DNA of 64,000 nucleotides from an uncultured Oligoflexus sp. (GCA_964236955.1 CAXSGP010000006.1:21617-85616); one strand, 5' to 3'; positions 18,971 through 29,687 are shown, counted from the stretch's first letter. Notes: generated by a model not told the origin, from the letters alone. A program made the numbers and translations.

Positions 18971-20340
18971 AGAGCTGGTCGTGGATTTGCCGATACTTCC
19001 AGTATCGTCGCCTCTGATATCGTGCCTGCGTCCCAGTCGATTTTAAAGCGGGCAAGCCGCAATTCACGATCGCCGGTAACCACAGATTCCAGTGCTACAA
19101 CCACAAATTCACCATCAAAGCCCACAAACTCGCCACGCGCCGCGGTGGCATCGAATTGTCTTGGGATCGTACCGATCGGATTGTCGATCAGGCTGCAGGG
19201 ATTCGTGATGATTTCAGTCCAGGCCGGTTCACCGGTCTTTCTGGCTGGTACCCAGCTAATAACCTTGGAATCACTCTGCCGAATCAGCTTTTGCATCGGG
19301 ATCTGCACACTGCCGCCAGCACAGGCATAGCTATCGAGGCCACTGGCCAGCAGGACTTGCCCATCAAGACTTCCACTCAATTCAGAAAGCGTAAGCGATT
19401 CGCTGGCAAGGTAGGCTTCGGCCGTCCAGTTGTAAGGCAAAGCCGCCTGAAAAATATCGTCCTGCTTAATCTCTTCAAGGACCACGGCCATGTCCGCAGC
19501 TGCCGTGCCGACGGCAGGAGCCGAACCCTGGCGTTTTCTGGTGCGGGTCGTCGTCAGGGTTTTCGCTGTAAACAGGCCGGCCTTACTTACAAAATAGGGG
19601 CGCTCGATCGACTGCCGACTTTGGCTCAATTGGCCATTGCTCGTCACTGTCCAAGTTAACAGTGCCGGATCATAATTTTGAACTGTTACGATTTGATTCA
19701 AGGCATCTGTTGTCGTGAGGGAGACGAGTTGCAGCTTCCCATCGATAAGGATTAAGTCAGCCTTTTCCTGATCGCTGAAACTCCCGATTTCACTTAAGTT
19801 GATTTGGCTGCCGTCGAAGGCCAGTTTGAGAACCTTTAAAGTCTTTGCGGTACCGACCCGTTCGACGTAAGCAAGATAGTCATCGGAGCCTTTGGCAAAG
19901 CTCAGCTCGTTGAGCGCATGACCGGCTGGCAAATCTATTTTTGCCAGGACAGGGCCCGAGCCTTGTACGGCGTAGAGCTGGGTTAAACCCGTGGCAAGCG
20001 TCACGCGCCCCATGGCCGACCAAAGTCCGCTGGCACTGATAGCCGCAAGAAATTCTTTGCCTTCGCTTGGAACCAGGGCAAGCTTATCGTCGAGACGGAA
20101 AAGTTGGTTTGGAGCAAGACTTGCGTCATACCCATAAACATGGGCGAGATCGGCGTCGCGCTGCGAAATAAAAACAGCTTTCTTGCCATCCTGGCTATAG
20201 CTGGCGGCAAAATCTTCAAAATTTAACTGCTTCTCGATTTCGGCCGTGGCGATCGGTCCCTCGGTCGTCTTAGAGGTCGTGCCACCACATGCGGACAGAA
20301 CAAGTGCAAGCGAAACGATCCCTAGCGTATTGCGTATCAT
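18967..20340 (-). CDS. Lipoprotein with TolB/PD40-like beta-propeller start
   Basis: Lipobox LSAC; ASYSQDGKKAVFISQRD resembles a PD40 repeat; beta-rich. Confidence 0.65.
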   Translation of the reverse strand: MIRNTLGIVSLALVLSACGGTTSKTTEGPIATAEIEKQLNFEDFAASYSQDGKKAVFISQRDADLAHVYGYDASLAPNQLFRLDDKLALVPSEGKEFLAAISASGLWSAMGRVTLATGLTQLYAVQGSGPVLAKIDLPAGHALNELSFAKGSDDYLAYVERVGTAKTLKVLKLAFDGSQINLSEIGSFSDQEKADLILIDGKLQLVSLTTTDALNQIVTVQNYDPALLTWTVTSNGQLSQSRQSIERPYFVSKAGLFTAKTLTTTRTRKRQGSAPAVGTAAADMAVVLEEIKQDDIFQAALPYNWTAEAYLASESLTLSELSGSLDGQVLLASGLDSYACAGGSVQIPMQKLIRQSDSKVISWVPARKTGEPAWTEIITNPCSLIDNPIGTIPRQFDATAARGEFVGFDGEFVVVALESVVTGDRELRLARFKIDWDAGTISEATILEVSANPRPAL

Positions 20341-20469
20341 GGAGGCTATTCCTAAATGGGCGACCGGAGTCGGTATATTATTCCTATGGGCAAGCCAAGC
20401 TAAAAGGGCTATCCTCGATGATCAGTACTATTAACATAGCTTTCAGCAGACACGGCACCCATTATAATC

Positions 20470-22707
20470 ATGAACTCTGAAAAATTGCGAAAATTAAACA
20501 ATACCGACGAACACTACCTCAATCGCGAGTTGAGCTGGCTTGCGTTCAATCAAAGGGTTTTGGACGAAAGTCGGCGAGATCGTACACCTCTCCTTGAACG
20601 CGTCAAATTCGTAACAATCTTTTACTCGAATCTTGATGAATTTTTCATGGTCCGTGTGGCTGGTAAAAAGCGGGCGATCAGGGAGGGCGTGCGCCAAGTG
20701 GACGAGACCGATCTCAGTTCGGTCGAAGTCACGCTGGAAGCGATTCATGCCAAGGCGCGCGAGACAGTCGCCGAACTCTATACAACCTTTCAGCGCTCGC
20801 TCCTGCCCCATCTTGCCCAGGGCAATATCCACCTGCACCGCATCAATAAATTAAGCGACACCCAGCGCTCGGCGCTCTATCAGTACTATAAACAGTCGGT
20901 GCTGCCCGTGCTGACTCCACTGGCCGTTGACCCGGCGCATCCTTTCCCCTTTCTGGGCAATCGTAAGCTCTACCTCCTCGTTGCCTTTCAAACCAATTCC
21001 CATGCCCATCCATCGGCCGGAGCCAATTCGCCAACGATAGCCTTTGTCGAGGTCCCGGGGGTTTTATCACGTCTGATTCCCGTGAATATGGAAGCCCCCG
21101 GACACAATTACGTCTTGCTTGAAGATCTGATCAGCGAGCATCTGGGTGAACTGTTTTTTGGGTTGCCCATGAAGGCCGCCTTTCCCATTCGCGTGACACG
21201 AAACCTCGACATCACCCTCCTCGAAAGCGAGGTCGTCGATCTTTTGAGTTCGGTGCAAAGCGAGGTCAAGGCCCGCGAGCAGGCCGAAGCGGTGCGCTTG
21301 GAATATGCCCCCGATCTGCCGCGCGAGTTGCTGGATCTGCTTGAAAAAAAGCTGGGCCTCGAGGATGTCGATACCTATGAATGCCAGGGCCCTCTCGCAC
21401 TTGCCGACTTTTCTGCTCTGTACGAACTGAACGGCGAAAACTGGAAGTACCCGGCTTTCAACCCCCGGCTGCCGCAGCGCATGAAAGGCAATCGATCGAT
21501 CTTTTCCCTGATTCGCGAAGCCGACCTTTTGCTTCATCATCCCTTTGATAGCTTTTATGCCATCATCGAACTGCTGCATGAAGCGGCCTGGGATGCCGAT
21601 GTGCTGGCTATCAAGCAAACCCTTTATCGGACGTCAGGCGACTCTCCCATCATCGACGCTTTGATCCTGGCTGCGGAGCAGGGTAAACAGGTAACCGCTG
21701 TCGTCGAACTTAAAGCCCGATTCGACGAAAATAATAATATCGTCTGGGCGCGGCGTATGGAACGAGCCGGCGTCCATGTCGTCTACGGCTTCATCGGCCT
21801 CAAGACTCACTCAAAAATGACTCTGATCGTGCGCCGGGAAAACCGCCGTCTGGCGCGTTATGTTCACCTCTCCACCGGCAACTACAACTCGACGACCGCC
21901 AAGCACTATGTCGACATCGGCTACATCACGGCCAAACCCGAGTTCGGCGATGACGTGACGCTGCTTTTTAATATTCTCACGGGCTTTAACATAATGAATC
22001 GGGCCGAGTCCGAACTTCAGCCTATACCCTCGCCGATGAAAGCACTGATTATTGCACCACTCTATATGCGCGATGCATTGATCCACCTTATTCAAAGGGA
22101 GATCGATGAGCAAAAAGAGGGGGGCAAAGGCCTGATCGTGGCAAAGATGAATGCCCTGGTCGATCGCCGGCTTATTGATAAGCTCTACGCGGCGTCCCAG
22201 GCCGGCGTCGAGGTGCGGCTGCTGGTTCGCAGCATCTGCTGCCTGAGGCCTGGGGTGCCGGGCCTCAGTGAAAACATTCAGGTGCATTCGGTGGTCGGCC
22301 GTTTCCTTGAGCATTCGCGGGTCTTTTACTTTCGTCATAGGGGCAAGGAAGAAGTCTATCTTGGCTCAGCTGACTGGATGCCGCGCAATATGGACCGCCG
22401 TATTGAGGTTGTCTTTCCCATTGACGATCCCGCTGCAAAACGGCAGATCATCGAAGACATTCTGCCTATATACTGGGCCGATACGGAAAACACCTGGCAA
22501 CTCGACGCCACAGGAGTCTATCACCGCTGTCCGGCTCAGATTCCCACTGTGGATTGCCACCAAAAGTTCATTGAAATTGCCAGGGAACAGGGTATCAAGT
22601 CTCTGCCTTACGACAAGGCGATCCGTCACGATCTAAAGTTGAAGGGCCGACCCATCGTCGGCAACCGTGCCAGCGCCTCCAAACAAAAGGACACGAAAAA
22701 AAATTAA
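20470..22707 (+). CDS. ppk1: Polyphosphate kinase 1
   Basis: NRELSWLAFNQRVL, SNLDEFFMVRVAG, HPFP, IKQTLYRTSGDSPI, ELKARFDE, LKTHSK, STGNYN, GRFLEHSR, SADWMPRN. Confidence 0.97.
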   Translation: MNSEKLRKLNNTDEHYLNRELSWLAFNQRVLDESRRDRTPLLERVKFVTIFYSNLDEFFMVRVAGKKRAIREGVRQVDETDLSSVEVTLEAIHAKARETVAELYTTFQRSLLPHLAQGNIHLHRINKLSDTQRSALYQYYKQSVLPVLTPLAVDPAHPFPFLGNRKLYLLVAFQTNSHAHPSAGANSPTIAFVEVPGVLSRLIPVNMEAPGHNYVLLEDLISEHLGELFFGLPMKAAFPIRVTRNLDITLLESEVVDLLSSVQSEVKAREQAEAVRLEYAPDLPRELLDLLEKKLGLEDVDTYECQGPLALADFSALYELNGENWKYPAFNPRLPQRMKGNRSIFSLIREADLLLHHPFDSFYAIIELLHEAAWDADVLAIKQTLYRTSGDSPIIDALILAAEQGKQVTAVVELKARFDENNNIVWARRMERAGVHVVYGFIGLKTHSKMTLIVRRENRRLARYVHLSTGNYNSTTAKHYVDIGYITAKPEFGDDVTLLFNILTGFNIMNRAESELQPIPSPMKALIIAPLYMRDALIHLIQREIDEQKEGGKGLIVAKMNALVDRRLIDKLYAASQAGVEVRLLVRSICCLRPGVPGLSENIQVHSVVGRFLEHSRVFYFRHRGKEEVYLGSADWMPRNMDRRIEVVFPIDDPAAKRQIIEDILPIYWADTENTWQLDATGVYHRCPAQIPTVDCHQKFIEIAREQGIKSLPYDKAIRHDLKLKGRPIVGNRASASKQKDTKKN

Positions 22708-24280
22708 CCGGCTAAATTTCCAACCAAAAAATCCTTTGGCCGTGATTGATCTCGGGTCTAACACCTTTCACCTTGCGATTACCACCCTCGATGAAGATGG
22801 GCATATCCACGTCATCGACACGCAAAAGGATCACATCCGTCTCGCCGAGATGCTTGAGGACGGCTATATTCCTGCCAAGCTCTTTAAACGCTCGGCCGAA
22901 GCCCTTCTCGCTATGAAAAGCATCGGCCAGAGCTATCACGCTCAGTTTCGTCTGGTCGCCACGCAGGCGATTCGTTCCGCTCACAACCGCCTGGCCTTCA
23001 TCGAACACATTCGTAAGGCAACGGGTCTCGATCTGGAAATCATCGATGGCGTCGAAGAGGCCCGACTCTCCTTTTTGGGAGTGATTCAAGGTTTGCATTT
23101 TGCCGATGAGCCCGTGATGACAGTCGACATCGGTGGCGCCAGCACGGAAATCGCCTGCGGCATCGCCAGTGACTGCAATTATCTTTCGTCCCTTAAAATC
23201 GGTGCCCTGCTCCTTTCCAAACGCTTTCTCTTTGCCAAAGATCTCAAAGAGGCGGCAATCGTCGAGCTAAAGCAGACGGTCGAAGCCCGGCTTTTACCCG
23301 TGCAGGACGATCTCCTTAATTTTCCCATCCAACATGCAGCCGTGACCTCAGGCACCGCCAAAGCCATTGCCCGCATGGTGCATTGGGATAAAAATCAAGA
23401 GGAGCTTGATGATCCCCATGGCTATCTGATCACGGCCGAGGAACTTTTTCGCATTGAAAAAGAACTCAATACGCTGAGAACATCGGATCGCATTGCGCTA
23501 CGCTGGAAGCTTGAAATGCGGCGGGCCGATATTATCCTGGCTGGCGTTGCCATTCTCGCTCAGCTGACGCGTATCCTCAATATTCCGCGCTGGAAGGTCT
23601 CATCGAGTGGCCTTCGCGAGGGTGTGGCGACCGATACCTACGAACGCCAGGGTCTTTTGTCTGCCAATAAATGGCAAGATTTACGCTGGCATACGATACA
23701 GGGCCTTGCCAAAAAACTCAGTCTCGATCCCAAATTTGCGATGAGTACAAGTCAGCTCGCCACGCAAATTTTTGATCGCTTTATAGCCTACGACGAATTT
23801 AAGCTGCTCTGCAAAAATGCCAAGATCGACCGCGACATCCTTAAGGCTGCCGCCTATCTTTTAGAAGCCGGAAAGTTTGTCAACTTCAGCAGCTATCACA
23901 AGCACACCTATTATCTGATTACCGAGATGAACCTTTTGGGCTTTACCCAAGAGGAAAAGCATGTGATCGGGCTGGTCAACCGTTATGCCCGAAAGGCGCC
24001 GGCCAAACACGGCAAGTCGGATGCATTGCCCTATCTGGAAAGAAACTTCAATCGCATCAGCCTGCTCTCGTCGTGTCTCCGTATAGCCCGAAGTCTGATG
24101 CGAACGCGTCAGATCAAAACCCATGACTTTAACGTCCTTAGAGTCCACAATCGCTGCACACTCGTCTTAAAGGTCGATCAGGATCAAAGACTTGACGCTG
24201 AAAAAATCGCACTGCAAAAAGAAATCAAAAACCTGGAAAAGGCGCTGCAAGTCGAAGTCGACTTTCGCCTGGAAACATAA
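22667..24280 (+). CDS. ppx: Exopolyphosphatase (Ppx/GppA family)
   Basis: AVIDLGSNTFH, ATQAIRSAHN, IIDGVEEARL, DIGGASTE, GLREG; follows ppk1; start uncertain. Confidence 0.9.
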   Translation: MPAPPNKRTRKKINRLNFQPKNPLAVIDLGSNTFHLAITTLDEDGHIHVIDTQKDHIRLAEMLEDGYIPAKLFKRSAEALLAMKSIGQSYHAQFRLVATQAIRSAHNRLAFIEHIRKATGLDLEIIDGVEEARLSFLGVIQGLHFADEPVMTVDIGGASTEIACGIASDCNYLSSLKIGALLLSKRFLFAKDLKEAAIVELKQTVEARLLPVQDDLLNFPIQHAAVTSGTAKAIARMVHWDKNQEELDDPHGYLITAEELFRIEKELNTLRTSDRIALRWKLEMRRADIILAGVAILAQLTRILNIPRWKVSSSGLREGVATDTYERQGLLSANKWQDLRWHTIQGLAKKLSLDPKFAMSTSQLATQIFDRFIAYDEFKLLCKNAKIDRDILKAAAYLLEAGKFVNFSSYHKHTYYLITEMNLLGFTQEEKHVIGLVNRYARKAPAKHGKSDALPYLERNFNRISLLSSCLRIARSLMRTRQIKTHDFNVLRVHNRCTLVLKVDQDQRLDAEKIALQKEIKNLEKALQVEVDFRLET

Positions 24281-24291
24281 AGACGACGATC

Positions 24292-25305
24292 ATGAGTTCA
24301 TATAAGGCTTATCAAAGCCAGTTGCAAAAAGCGCTCGATCCGACGCATCCGCACCAGCATCCCCTTATCGTCCTTAAGGGTAGCTCCGACTTTATCTTAA
24401 ACCTCACCAGTATCGCCCTTAAAGCCCACTGGCAGGCAAACGGCTGGGATACCGAACGCATCGACGGCGCCAGCTTTAACGGCGAGCGTTTTCTCCAGGC
24501 TACCTCGACTCGCTCAATGTTTGAGCCGCAGCAGCTCACGATCGTCACGCAGGCGTTTGCAAGCCCCGATCTTTTCGATTGCTTAAAACAGCTCGAATCG
24601 ACAAAAAGCATCATGCCAGCGCTCTGCCTGATACAGGGCGGCGAAGTGCCCGCTAAGTTTCAAAAGGAATTGAGCCGCCTCGGCAGCTTTATCTTGAGCT
24701 GTGATGAACCCGCTCCCTGGGAGGCCAGAGATTTTCTCCTCGATCGCTGCCGGGTTCATCGCCTGCAATTGTCGGCAGAGGCGACCACTGACTTTTTAGA
24801 TTCGACGGGCGCCGATCTTATCAAGATAGAAAATGAACTGCGAAAACTCGCTCTTATCCTCGCCGATAGCAAAGGCCCGATCAGCGTCGAGGCCCTTCGG
24901 CCCCACCTTGATTTTTTGCGCGAGGACCATGCCTTTAAAATCGATCAGCTGCTCTGCCAGGAGGCTTATCCCCAGGCTCTGCTGCTGCTCAAGGGGCTGC
25001 TGGATCGTGGGGAAAGTGGGTTGGCCGTATTGGCCATTCTCGCAATGCACTGTCGCAAGGCGATACAGATTCAGGCCGGTTTGAAGTCGGGGCAAAGCCC
25101 GGCCGATCTCAGTCGCGAGCTGCGACTGCCAAGCACCGTCGTGCAAAATTATCTGCCTTATATACGGAAGCGCAGTGCTGTGGTCTTTCAGAGGGCTTTG
25201 AATCTTTGCCATGAGGCCGACCGCCGTTTAAAATCGGTCCGCTACGGCGAGCAGATCTGGCTCGATCGCATCGTCTGGGAGCTGATGCCGAATCCTCAGG
25301 CTTAA
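24292..25305 (+). CDS. holA: DNA polymerase III delta subunit
   Basis: SMF motif, G.DL..IENELRKL, C-terminal A...HEADRRLK; typical length. Confidence 0.8.
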   Translation: MSSYKAYQSQLQKALDPTHPHQHPLIVLKGSSDFILNLTSIALKAHWQANGWDTERIDGASFNGERFLQATSTRSMFEPQQLTIVTQAFASPDLFDCLKQLESTKSIMPALCLIQGGEVPAKFQKELSRLGSFILSCDEPAPWEARDFLLDRCRVHRLQLSAEATTDFLDSTGADLIKIENELRKLALILADSKGPISVEALRPHLDFLREDHAFKIDQLLCQEAYPQALLLLKGLLDRGESGLAVLAILAMHCRKAIQIQAGLKSGQSPADLSRELRLPSTVVQNYLPYIRKRSAVVFQRALNLCHEADRRLKSVRYGEQIWLDRIVWELMPNPQA

Positions 25306-26084
25306 GCCTTAAGGCCGCCATTTTTCTGGCGAGGCGAAAGAGTGAGGATCTCGATGGTCCAATCGCTACGAATGGCCAGCGTATGCTCAAATTGAGCCGA
25401 CAGCGAGCCATCGATAGTCAGCGCCGTCCAGCCATCCTTCAGCAGCTTGGTTCGATAATTCCCCTCGTTGATCATAGGCTCGATCGTAAACACCATGCCG
25501 GTCTCAAGGCGTTGGCCCCGACCTTTTTCACCATAATGAAAGATCTGCGGATCTTCGTGAAAGACCTTGCCGATGCCATGGCCGACAAAATCGCGGACGA
25601 CTGAGTAGCCGAGCGCTTCGGCGTAAGTTTGGATCGCGTAGCCAATGTCGCCAACCCTGGCGCCCTCGCCGACCGCTGCAATTCCGCGCTTGAGGCATTC
25701 TTCGGTCACCTCGACGAGTTTACGGGCCTTTTCCGAGACGTTGCCCACCAAAAAGGTGCGCGAGCTGTCGCCATGGTAAGCATTGATGATAGGCGTGACA
25801 TCAATATTGATGATGTCTCCATCTTTGAGTTTGGCCTTGGCCGAGGGAATGCCATGGCAGACGACGTCATTGATCGATGTGCACATAGACTTGGGATAAC
25901 CGCGGTAGTTGAGGGGAGCCGAGATTGCGCCGCGTTTGCTGGTGTAGCTATGCACGATGTCGTTGAGTTCCAAGGTTGTAATACCCGGCTTCACATGGGC
26001 TTCGATCATATCCAGCAGTTCACCGGCAAGCTCGCCGGCAGGCCGCATTTGATCAATTTCCGCATCGGTCTTTAGGTATATCAC
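25302..26084 (-). CDS. map: Methionine aminopeptidase type I
   Basis: CTSINDVVCHGIP, DIINIDVT, GDSSRT, GHGIG..FHEDP, FTIEPMIN, SAQFEHT. Confidence 0.97.
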   Translation of the reverse strand: MIYLKTDAEIDQMRPAGELAGELLDMIEAHVKPGITTLELNDIVHSYTSKRGAISAPLNYRGYPKSMCTSINDVVCHGIPSAKAKLKDGDIINIDVTPIINAYHGDSSRTFLVGNVSEKARKLVEVTEECLKRGIAAVGEGARVGDIGYAIQTYAEALGYSVVRDFVGHGIGKVFHEDPQIFHYGEKGRGQRLETGMVFTIEPMINEGNYRTKLLKDGWTALTIDGSLSAQFEHTLAIRSDWTIEILTLSPRQKNGGLKA

Positions 26085-26108
26085 GTATTTTCCTCTGTTT
26101 TTAGGAGC

Positions 26109-27590
26109 CTATCTTTCAAAAACCCCGCGAATCCAATCCGGATTGCGGACGCTGATGACCTTGGGCGCGGCCATGCCTTTGCCGTAGTGCATACAACTTT
26201 TATGCTGGACTAGCACGGAAAAAGGTTCCTTTTTATAAACCAAATCATGAATCGTCTCAAGCCGCGTGAAATCAGGTTTCGCCTGGGTCAGGCTTAGATT
26301 GTAGCCGTCGATGGCGGCATCGATTTCTTGAAAGTGATAGGCCCAGGGCCAGACCGTTGCGCTGCGTTTGCTATGCAGAATCGACGCTAAATCATTTTCC
26401 GGCCAATTTCCGGCAATTCCGGCCAACATTCCATCGGCATATTCCCCAGGGTTCACAATCTTCAGCTTCATACCCAAGGCCCGGAAGCTATCGTCCAGCA
26501 CCTTGCGTAAAAGGCTTGAGTCCCGACGGCGGTCGGTGGCTATGGAAATTTCCAGAAGCTGCCCATTTTTGCTGCGCCGATAGCCATCGCCAGCGGAGCG
26601 AATGAGGCCCATTTGATTGAGAATAAGGTCAGCCTTTTTGAGATCATAAGGCAGGACCAGCAGCGATTTTTTGTAACCGGGGTGAGCTCTTAGAATAGGT
26701 GCCGAAATCAAATCCCCCAGCGAGCCCGCACCAGCCCTAAGCAGGGCTCCACGCGGAAGGATATAGGTCAGGGCCTTGCGAAACAGCTCGTCCTTCGTAT
26801 AAGGCCCCTCTGGGTTCCAGGCTATCATCGTCATGACCGGCAGATCGATCGCCGCAGGACAGGTGATTTCCTCTTCGATCTGCCGTTCCCAAGTCCGCGG
26901 ATGCATCTCCTCGCCAAAGCGAAAGCTCACAAAAGTGTTCGGTGAATTGAGAGCGGTATTGCCGACCGGATTGATAAGGAGAAACTGCCGGGCTTTTCCC
27001 ACCACCTTTCCCCCAAGACCCAAACCCTCGGCCCTGCGCTCAGGCTTTAAACTGCCCACACAATCGAGTCCAGCCACGCCGCGCCGAAAGAAAGGCAGAC
27101 GATTGAGAATATAGGGGCCAAAGACCGGAGCCTTGTCCCAGACCAGCCGAACCGTTGCATCTTTATGCTCAAGGGTAAACGCTGGAAGTTCCCAGCTGTC
27201 GTTGCCGATTCGTTGGACCAGGGCTGGCAGCTCGTGCCTTAAAAAATCCTCGAGATCCTGAGGCTCAACGGCTTTTCCACTCCACCATTGCAGCGATGGT
27301 TTGAGTGTCATGGACCACAGCGTTTTTTCACTTTGCAGCCGCGTGAGGAGCACTGGCTCCGAGACCCCTGACTGGAGGTTTAAACGGGTGAGGGCGGGGC
27401 AGACATAGGTTCCCATTATGGCGTCTTGATTCAATACGATCTTGTCCGGATCGCTGGCTGAGAGCGGCCACCCATAAACCATGAGCGGTCTTTCCCTTGC
27501 GAAAAGGTCGAGTCTGGGGGCAAGATAAGCGAGGCCCATGGCGAGGAGCTGACGCCGCTTCGTAGAGCTATGAAGAATAGACCAAGACAT
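26109..27590 (-). CDS. Divergent family-5 (OppA/DppA-like) solute-binding protein, possible Tat signal
   Basis: W.MTLKP.LQWWSGK.V...D, FRKAL..I.R, YDLKKADLIL...G...DGYR.KNG..L; N-terminal KRRQLL. Confidence 0.65.
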   Translation of the reverse strand: MSWSILHSSTKRRQLLAMGLAYLAPRLDLFARERPLMVYGWPLSASDPDKIVLNQDAIMGTYVCPALTRLNLQSGVSEPVLLTRLQSEKTLWSMTLKPSLQWWSGKAVEPQDLEDFLRHELPALVQRIGNDSWELPAFTLEHKDATVRLVWDKAPVFGPYILNRLPFFRRGVAGLDCVGSLKPERRAEGLGLGGKVVGKARQFLLINPVGNTALNSPNTFVSFRFGEEMHPRTWERQIEEEITCPAAIDLPVMTMIAWNPEGPYTKDELFRKALTYILPRGALLRAGAGSLGDLISAPILRAHPGYKKSLLVLPYDLKKADLILNQMGLIRSAGDGYRRSKNGQLLEISIATDRRRDSSLLRKVLDDSFRALGMKLKIVNPGEYADGMLAGIAGNWPENDLASILHSKRSATVWPWAYHFQEIDAAIDGYNLSLTQAKPDFTRLETIHDLVYKKEPFSVLVQHKSCMHYGKGMAAPKVISVRNPDWIRGVFER

Positions 27591-27667
27591 AGGAGCCAAC
27601 CTCGGCAAAAAGCAGCGGAATGGAATGGGCTAACGAAGACCTGCTGTCGAGAATTTAAGGGGGGTTC

Positions 27668-28819
27668 ATGCACAAACAATCGCACTACGATATTGCCATA
27701 ATAGGCTCAGGCATAACAGGCCTTTCTACCGCCTATCATCTGCTGAAGGCACAGGAACTTCGGGTCTGCATTTCCGGCGATGCGGACAGTAGCAGCCGGA
27801 GCAGCGCTAACATGATAGCGGGTGGTCTCATCGATAATTTTACCCGCATCGCCCAGCGGCATGGTCTCGACAAGGCCGAGAGGACCTGGACTTATTCCAA
27901 TCAGGCCTATGATGCCCTGATTGCCTTCGCGAAGGAGCATAAGCTCGCCACACAAATCGGTGCGCGCATTCGCCTCATCGAGACGGAAGACGAACTTGCC
28001 GAATGCAAAAAAGCCATCGAGCAGCTTAAGGAGGCTGGCTTCAAAAGCACACTGGAACCCCCTCCAAAGGAGGCGAAGGGCCTGCTTGGGCAGCAGATCG
28101 ATGCGCCGCGGGCGGCCGGACTTTCGGTTTTGGATCTGCTTAAACTTTTAGAAAAATTAACGGCCACGCTCGATCACCTCCCTAAAACGCTGGCCGTGCA
28201 AAAGGTGCCTCAAGGCTTTCAAATCACCACAGCCGAGGGGCCTATCACTGCCGAAGTCGTCATCTATGCCAACCACCTCGGTATCGCCAACTTTCTTCCC
28301 GAGCTCAAGCCGATACTGGTCGGCTCGCAGGATCAATGGCTGCGGATGCGGACGACGAGCGGCGATTTTCCTTTTCCCGTGGGTAGCCTTTTAACCTGGC
28401 GCCACGGCCATTATTGGGCGCACCTGGAAAGTGCCAATCAACTGACCTTAGGTGGAGCTCGATTTTTGAGGCCGCTGGCAGGTTTTGAGGCGGACCATGC
28501 GGAATTGAGCGACAGGGTATCGAAGCATCTTCCTGAGGCATGGGCCAAGTATTTTCCTCAGTTAGCACTGAGCGAGTTGCTGGAGTCCAAAGCCGGACTC
28601 GATATCAGACCCTGCGATGAGATTCCGGTGATTGGCCCGATGTTTGGCGAAACGGGAATCTTTTTAGCTGCCGGCTATATGGGACAGGGCCTTAGTCTGG
28701 GCTTCAAAGCTGGGCAATCGCTTGCAAACATAGTATTGGGTAAGCAGGACGAACTGCCCCGGTTTTTTTGGCCGGAAAGACATCGCAGTCTAGGCTCAGT
28801 CCGTGAAGAGGAAGAGTGA
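27668..28819 (+). CDS. FAD-dependent oxidoreductase (DAO/glycine oxidase family)
   Basis: DIAIIGSGITGLSTAYHL, D.IPVIG, AAGYMGQGLSLG. Confidence 0.85.
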   Translation: MHKQSHYDIAIIGSGITGLSTAYHLLKAQELRVCISGDADSSSRSSANMIAGGLIDNFTRIAQRHGLDKAERTWTYSNQAYDALIAFAKEHKLATQIGARIRLIETEDELAECKKAIEQLKEAGFKSTLEPPPKEAKGLLGQQIDAPRAAGLSVLDLLKLLEKLTATLDHLPKTLAVQKVPQGFQITTAEGPITAEVVIYANHLGIANFLPELKPILVGSQDQWLRMRTTSGDFPFPVGSLLTWRHGHYWAHLESANQLTLGGARFLRPLAGFEADHAELSDRVSKHLPEAWAKYFPQLALSELLESKAGLDIRPCDEIPVIGPMFGETGIFLAAGYMGQGLSLGFKAGQSLANIVLGKQDELPRFFWPERHRSLGSVREEEE

Positions 28820-28820
28820 A

Positions 28821-29060
28821 ATGGCAAATAATCCGAACGTTCCGGCGCCTGCTCCATCCGCACGTATCGTGCGCTGCCCCATCTGTGGGAAGAGTACGCG
28901 TTACGATCAGACCAATCCTGATCGGCCGTTTTGCAGCAACCGTTGCAAGGTGATGGACATAGCCCAGTGGGCCGATGAGTCCTATCGGGTCCCGACCAAG
29001 CCCGAACACAGTGATTCCGATCTTGAAATTCCCAGCCAAGACGATGAAGACGAGAACTGA
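28821..29060 (+). CDS. yacG: DNA gyrase inhibitor YacG
   Basis: CPICGK...RPFCSNRCKVMDIAQWADESYRVP, acidic tail. Confidence 0.92.
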   Translation: MANNPNVPAPAPSARIVRCPICGKSTRYDQTNPDRPFCSNRCKVMDIAQWADESYRVPTKPEHSDSDLEIPSQDDEDEN

Positions 29061-29070
29061 GGCGGGGACT

Positions 29071-29373
29071 CTAACGATCGGTCATGATTTCGATATAGAG
29101 TTCCAACTCGTCATAATAAATCGTCTCGCTGAGGGTCAGGCGATTCTCCAGCATTCGGCATTGGACGGTAAGATCAGCAAGGATGGCGTCGCGGTAGCTG
29201 TCTTTTTCTGCTTCGATCAATGCCCCCTGCCGCTCTAGTTTATGCAGGACGTGGTCGATGTCACTGACCTGCTTTTTGAGGACTTCAAGGCGTAGCTCGC
29301 GAAGCTCACGAATGGTATGAAGGGTTTCATCATCAATGGGACATTCAAATACAACGACGGCCATGGCCTTCAC
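29071..29373 (-). CDS. Hypothetical helical/coiled-coil protein
   Basis: 100-aa ORF filling the gap; no recognisable motif. Confidence 0.6.
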   Translation of the reverse strand: MKAMAVVVFECPIDDETLHTIRELRELRLEVLKKQVSDIDHVLHKLERQGALIEAEKDSYRDAILADLTVQCRMLENRLTLSETIYYDELELYIEIMTDR

Positions 29374-29434
29374 CCTTTCACTAGGAGCCCATTATGGGCT
29401 ACCCACGAAAGTGCAACTAGCGCGCCAATACTAA

Positions 29435-29656
29435 CTAACCCAAGACGACGTCTTTGATCTCCGGGATTTTTTCCCGCAAAATTGGCACGATACCATTAAA
29501 AAGTGTGATCTGAGAGGAGGGGCAGCCCGAGCAGCCTCCAAAGAGTCGAAGTGTCACAATCCCATCATCAACGTCCAAAAGCTCACAGCCACCCGCATGC
29601 AGCTCGAGCATGGGGTTAATGTCGCTGGCGATGATTTCTTTAATTTGCTCGATCAT
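29435..29656 (-). CDS. NifU-C / Nfu-type Fe-S carrier
   Basis: INPML..HAGGCEL...V.LRL.GGCSGCPSSQITL.NGI. Confidence 0.9.
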   Translation of the reverse strand: MIEQIKEIIASDINPMLELHAGGCELLDVDDGIVTLRLFGGCSGCPSSQITLFNGIVPILREKIPEIKDVVLG

Positions 29657-29687
29657 AGACCGAATCCTTTATACTTAAGTATTTGTT

